Shown one piece after another: positions 58,901-64,000 of a stretch of 64,000 nt of DNA (position 1 is its first letter; every line of letters starts with the position of its first letter). This DNA comes from Thalia democratica (taxonomy: Eukaryota). The notes beneath the pieces were generated by a model, which had not been told where the DNA came from, searched no databases, and saw nothing but the letters and a program-made list of their open reading frames with translations. The position numbers and the translations under genes are program-made. The DNA lies in NCBI GenBank assembly GCA_965202585.1, contig OZ241826.1, forward strand, positions 43,648,001-43,712,000. The letters are read 5' to 3'.

Positions 58901-61697
58901 TTTTAAAATTTGTGCCTTTTTTGTCTATTTTAAGTTTTTGCACATTTTTCTGTTTTTCACAAACTATTTCTTAAAAGTAAAAGTAAAAATAACTAACTAT
59001 TGTTTTTAACACTTGTTTTTGTAAGTACGAAATATTTTTAAAATTTAAAACTTTTAACTTTTTACGTTTGACTTTACTTCTAAGTTAAAGCGAAATAGTG
59101 ACTAGTCTCGCTTGAAAAAATCAGCAAAAAATAAACACAGGACATGATAGACGACCTGAAATCAGCAATTTACAGTTGCGACACTGATCAGGTGATCATG
59201 GTGAGACAAGAGCTTGAAAGTTATATGGCGCCACCGGAAGTAGAACGGATAATTGATACAACCCAGCTAACCTTCGGTTCGTTGAATAATTTCAATGCAA
59301 AGTTATTAAAATGTTCCTATAGTTTAAATTGAAAGTTTAAAAACTAATTTAAAAATTTTAAACCTAAAATTAGGTTTTTTATTTAGTGTTCCACATTTAA
59401 GAGTGAATTTTTAAAGTTTATTGTTATTTTTTCTCTTTTTTCCATGAACTACTATTGATTATTTTAGTAGGTATAAACTTTTTTTTACCTTAAAATTTAA
59501 AAAAAAAAATTGATGATGACCAAACACACTCAAATTTAATTTATACACATTAAGTATTTATGTACATAAAACAGTTTAAAATATTAAAAACTAAAAGCTA
59601 TTTAAGGGTAACGTTTTTTTAAATGACCTTAAAGAAAGTTAAAAAAGTTCCAAGCCTTTTTAAAATAAAAGTTACTTTTAGCCAAATTATTTTCATTGTA
59701 AGTTTAGATTTATTTTTAAAATTTTTATATGTTTTTCAGAAATTTTATAAAAGTTTAAGTTTTATAACTGAAATATAAAACAATAAATAAAAAAAAAACT
59801 AATAGTTATAATAAAGTTTCTCGGTAAGACATTTTGCTATTAAATTAAAAGCAAGATGACTTGTTTAGTGATTACCCAAAATTGTACAGTTGTGTTTATA
59901 AATATTTCTTATTTTGAAAGTTACTAAGTAGTACAAACTATAGTTTAGTAAGCATATGTTCTATCTCAGATAACAAAGATTATTTTATCACAATTTTACT
60001 AAAATCATTTCTTTTCAAAGTTCTTCAAAGTTTTAACTTATCTTATTATAATAGTATAAAAAGACCAAAGAATAATAAATCAGATTTTGTTAAAATAATT
60101 CTTAATTGGTATTCCGGTGTGCACAACATCTTTAATTTAAAAATAAACTATGTAGAAACTGACAATTATTTTGAACCAATTGACTAGTTTATGAAATACA
60201 AAATTTGATACTGACATTTAAAAAAATTATTTAGATTTTGATGAGTTTTTGACTGGTGATGATTTACCAAGTTGTTATATGGTCATTAAAAAGCTAAAAG
60301 ACAAAAACTTAATGAACGAAGCCTCAAAAGATATAGATAAAAAATGTACCGAAAAGTTTGTTAGTAAAAGACAGGTTTATAATTTGTTTTTACATAGATT
60401 ACAGCAAATTAAAGTTAGAAACTTATTTTTATCTAAAAGTGTTGAAGATTTCAAGCTAAAAAATAATTTGAAAAATGTTAAAAACTCTATAAGTAGTTTT
60501 TAAATTTTAAACTATAACTGTACAATAAACATAAACTTTTATACCAGTAACTTTTATTTTACATTGCAGAAAAGAATAAAAACAAAGGTAAGTTTTGTTT
60601 ATTATTTATCAAAATAACATTATTTACCTAAACAACTAGGGTTTAAAAATATAAAATGTAAGCACTAAATAAATATAAAAGTTAAGCTACGTATTGTAGC
60701 TAAATGTTCAAAAGTTTTATTCTTACATTTTTTTAATTAGTTCTTTAATTAAATACAAAATAATAGTCCTTAATTGGTTATTTAATATTTATGTTGTTGG
60801 AATAAATACTATAATTTACTTCTGTGGAGAGTTAAGTTTAAGATATTAAGCGACAATTATTTTTACTTCACTCATGACTATAAACTTACTTTTTTAAACA
60901 ATCATAATTAAAAAACAAAAATAATTCAGATTCGCCGGAAAATGCTCCAGATGAGCCAGGCAAGGGTTTCCGAGATCAGGAGTTACCAGTTTCCACCCGC
61001 GGGAGTTCAGGAAGTGATGACGTCAGTCCTCATCCTGCTCGGGTACCGTCATCACAATATTCAGGTTGTCAAAAGTTTGAATAAATAAAAGTTATAAAAT
61101 TCAAAGTATGTAAATTTAAATATAGTAAAACGATTAGTTTAGACAAAACTTTTACAAACTTGTAAAAACAGAAAATTTTATCCTCTCAATTTTATTTTAC
61201 TGAGGTTTTGATTTTAAATAAAAACTTTAAAGTTTTATTTTAAAAGCTTAAATTTAAAAAATACCTCACTAAAAGAAGTGGAACCAGATACAGAGCATTC
61301 TGGGAAGGACGGGTAAAAGATCTCTGTTGAGGAAGATTTACGTGTTCGATCCTCATAACGTTAGCAAGAAGCAAGCTTTGCAGGCAAAAAGAATTTTGAA
61401 GAATTTTACTTTAAATTCAGTTGCTGAAATAAGTGCCGGGCTCGCTCTTTTCTACGTATTTGTGAGTTTGCTATTGATTTCAAGCACAATCTGATTTATA
61501 AAGCACTGTTTTGTATGTAAATTAATTCTTTTTAATTAACTCAATATTCAAACAACTTTTATATAAGCTTTCGATTGAATTAAATTTTTTTTGACAAGGC
61601 TCACTTTGTCATTGAGGAGGTTCAAGAAATTCCAGAAGCAAAAAGAAAATTCAAGTCACTTTCAATTGATATGAAGCTAAAACACTTGAAAAATTAA
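52941..61697 (+). CDS. Predicted type I membrane protein (~916 aa): signal peptide, lysozyme/SLT-like domain, VWA, beta-rich domain, TM, acidic linker, helical region, dynein-stalk MTBD-like domain
   Basis: Frame-consistent exons: 52941-53076, 53901-54001, 54908-55117, 55241-55340, 55402-55565, 56039-56203, 56360-56476, 56994-57093, 57158-57341, 57669-57826, 57881-58011, 58076-58109 (or -58113), 58230 (or 58228)-58544, 58683-58804, 59141-59276, 60235-60374, 60570-60587, 60930-61064, 61276-61461, 61599-61697 (TAA); total 2751 nt. Motifs: RKLAYIQSKDG..GGIWKV, DIPLYSAIASRMY, GQFDFWKTHF; CKLALDELIFLVDTS (VWA); TM LIVVVSSLLALLLILILFM; EIRSYQFPPAGVQEVMTSVLILLG..WNQIQSIL. Confidence 0.78.
57902..57958 (+). 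other. Transmembrane helix of the VWA/MTBD-like protein
   Basis: 19 consecutive uncharged, mostly aliphatic residues followed by R-G-C-H-N-K-Q-K (positive-inside). Confidence 0.85.
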
Positions 61698-62409
61698 GAA
61701 CAACAGTTGAAAAATTTAACTTTTGAAGTTTTTAAAAGTACTTAACATCAAAACTTAGTAACTTAAAACATTTTGTCATTATAGCGAGAATACCATTTGT
61801 AAGATACAGTGGAGAGAAGTTATTTATTATAGTATAAAGAAGTGCTAAATAACTACAAGTATTACGAAAAATGATCCTAACACTACTATTTCAGTGGTAA
61901 TTCTACGTTTTACAAGTATTTTTTATAAACAAATTTGTAATCAAAATAAATTAAAAAATTAAAAAGTTCAAATAAAACTATAATGAGTTTTGTAAGAAAA
62001 GGTTCATGAACTAATTAATCTTAAAAATAAAAAGTTATAATCGTTTGCTTTCGAATACTTATTAACAAAAGCTTAATAGATTTTATACAAATCAAATATA
62101 CAAAACTACTGAGTACTTGATTATATGTGTACAATGAAAAAACACTACTTTTATCGTGACAAAATAAATAAAAAGTACAGTAATTATATTTTTCATAACT
62201 AATTAAAACCTGAGTAATGTTTTTATCTTTATCTATAAGTGTTGCAAATGCTACATAAGTATAAAAATTTTCCTCCAGTAACACATATGAAGATTTTTAG
62301 CTTTCTTTTAATAACTAAGACTATAAAGTTGATATGCTTTAAAAATACACAACAGTTTATAAATTTTATATTACTTTGCAGCAGTGTTTTCTAAAATGTA
62401 ACTATAGAG

Positions 62410-62560
62410 CAGGGTTTCCAAAAGTAGGCCATTATAGAAAGTAAGGGGGCCACAAGGTAAAGGGGCCCTAAAACCATAGTTTTAGGTTTACACTAGATAT
62501 TATGGAGTTGATGATGAAGAGCAAAAAAAAGTTCTTAAGCGTATTCAAGGGTAGTTTTGC
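62410..62560. mobile_element. Truncated relative of the hAT-type MITE at 32892
   Basis: Starts cagggtttccaaaagtagg. Shares tacactagatatt..gagttg..gatgaagag.aaaaaaaa with 33014-33060. Confidence 0.6.
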
Positions 62561-62572
62561 AGGTATACTTAC

Positions 62573-62710
62573 AATTCCCACCCAAGATAAGTTCTAACCC
62601 AGTTTTTTCATTTTTTAAACTTAATTATTATTATCACTGTTACCCCTAATCCTTGGTCGGTAAGCGGTTCTTGGATTAGGTCGATTAGGAATTGATCGTG
62701 GGTTGGAATT
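62573..62710. mobile_element. Short MITE with ~27-bp imperfect TIRs
   Basis: aattcccacccaagataagttctaacc versus right-end reverse complement aattccaacccacgatcaattcctaatc. Internal cccctaatccttggtcggtaa is the reverse complement of the core seen in the 29832 and 38924 elements. Confidence 0.55.
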
Positions 62711-63309
62711 TAACGGTTCCCAGTTTTGAAACACCAGATTTTACTAGGAATTTTTTTAATTTTTAAAAATATACTAAGCCGGATACTAGTTTTATGGATC
62801 AAGAGTGCACATATTATGTTTCTAAGAGAAATCTTATTGCAGGGAGGCTATTGTTTATTTAATTTCTTTAAAGGGCGCGATGTGAAAAGTTTTTTTTAAA
62901 AAAACAAATAAACTTTACAAATCATTTTTAAATTATAAAGTACTTAACAACTTTTAAGTTTATCACAGTATTAAAAATCTATCACAGTATTGATAGAACT
63001 TTGCAACTTTATTGAAATCGACATTTTATTTCTGGGTCAGCTTGTTTTTCATTCAACATTTTTTTAAGTTTGTAAGTTACAGTCATCTTAAGATTAAGCT
63101 ATGGTCACAGCTTTTTTAATATTTAGCAGTAATTACATTTAATTTTTATACAACATTAATTGATCAAAGTTTTTTTGTCAAAGATCCCTTAAAGAAGATC
63201 CCTTAAAGGGTGAAACTGAGTTTTACAAATAAAGTTTTGATTAATTAATGTTGTATATCTGTCTCCTTATTTTCAAATAAGTTAAGAACTATTTTTGTTC
63301 AATTTAGAA

Positions 63310-63520
63310 CCTCAGATATAAATTTAATTTTTATCATTTATTATAATACTAAAAAATTGGTTAAAAAACCACTGAAAATAACTGTCTCAGTTATTTAAAA
63401 TAAAAACACTGAATATTGAAACGAAAGATCTCTGTTTTTATTTTAAAAATTTAAGACAGTTATTTTGAATAGTTTTTTAACCATTTTTTTTAATCAAATT
63501 AAAATATGTCCGATTTTTGT
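63310..63520. repeat. Long imperfect inverted repeat (foldback/MITE-like)
   Basis: aaaaaattggttaaaaaaccactgaaaataactgtct (~63351-63387) versus agacagttattttgaatagttttttaaccatttttt (~63455-63490), with weaker outer arms. Confidence 0.55.
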
Positions 63521-64000
63521 CTAAAATAGGCAGAGTTCCTATTTTTCATTTATCGTCCTTATCATGTTACTGTGACAATTTTCAAAAAATAATTTCTAAA
63601 CACGAAAAGTTCAATAAAACAAATATATACGGTTTTACAACCTACTTAACTTACTCTTTAATCCATTTCAAACTTAAATAACAAGCACTTAAACGTTTAT
63701 CATTAGTACATCATTACATATTCATCAGATTATTAAAGTACAAGTTTTGTTAAAGCAACTTCTCATTTTATTACAAATTTAAACTACTGATAGTAAAAAA
63801 ATAAAGTTTCAAAAATAACTGTGAATGTAATTTTATATAGAGTTAATAGCTTTGTCAGCACTTTATAATTATATGAATGTAAAAAAGTAGGTTTTTGATT
63901 TTGTTAATAACCACTTTTTTGTATGCTGTACTTGGTCTAAAACTTTACATTATTGATATCTTTTTTAATAAAACTTACTTCTTTGTTTTAAACTTAATTT

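Noticed and set aside
60930-61316. Alternative phase-1 reading (DSPENAPDEPG…EVEPDTEHSGKDG*) ending the protein at 61316
   Set aside because: Gives low-complexity sequence only, whereas the phase-0 reading stays open across three exons and yields ordered dynein-MTBD-like motifs.
61599-61697. KRKFKSLSIDMKL resembling a pogo/Tigger N-terminal HTH fragment
   Set aside because: Better explained as the terminal exon of the membrane protein (canonical acceptor, correct phase, continues the FYVF-AHFVIEE helix); no TIRs or further transposase sequence.

Overview
AT-rich, intron-dense eukaryotic (animal, probably marine invertebrate; species not determinable) genomic DNA. The ORF track misses most real structure because exons are short, so I assembled genes by hand from GT..AG junctions and frame continuity. 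All four transcription units are on the + strand. (1) <1-29025: 3' part of a gel-forming mucin: VWD-C8-TIL assemblies, then a PTS region containing two F5/8-type-C-like domains and about 10 tandem multi-exon units, then VWC, an 11-Cys cystine knot, and an atypical 163-aa Lys-rich tail. (2) 33466-36114: a 3-exon RING-H2 / coiled-coil / 6-blade Kelch protein (650 aa). (3) ~40330-46490: a non-coding multi-intron snoRNA host gene carrying at least 17 intronic snoRNAs (13 C/D, 4 H/ACA), most with readable rRNA-antisense guides. (4) 52941-61697: a 20-exon, ~916-aa predicted type I membrane protein with an extracellular lysozyme/transglycosylase-like domain (catalytic motifs degenerate), a VWA domain, a TM helix, and a cytoplasmic C-terminus resembling the dynein stalk microtubule-binding domain. 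This last gene is the best candidate for an undescribed system. Intergenic DNA holds several MITE-like elements and a ~110-bp dispersed repeat. No CRISPR, rRNA or tRNA genes were seen. Family names and rRNA modification numbers are from memory and need database confirmation.
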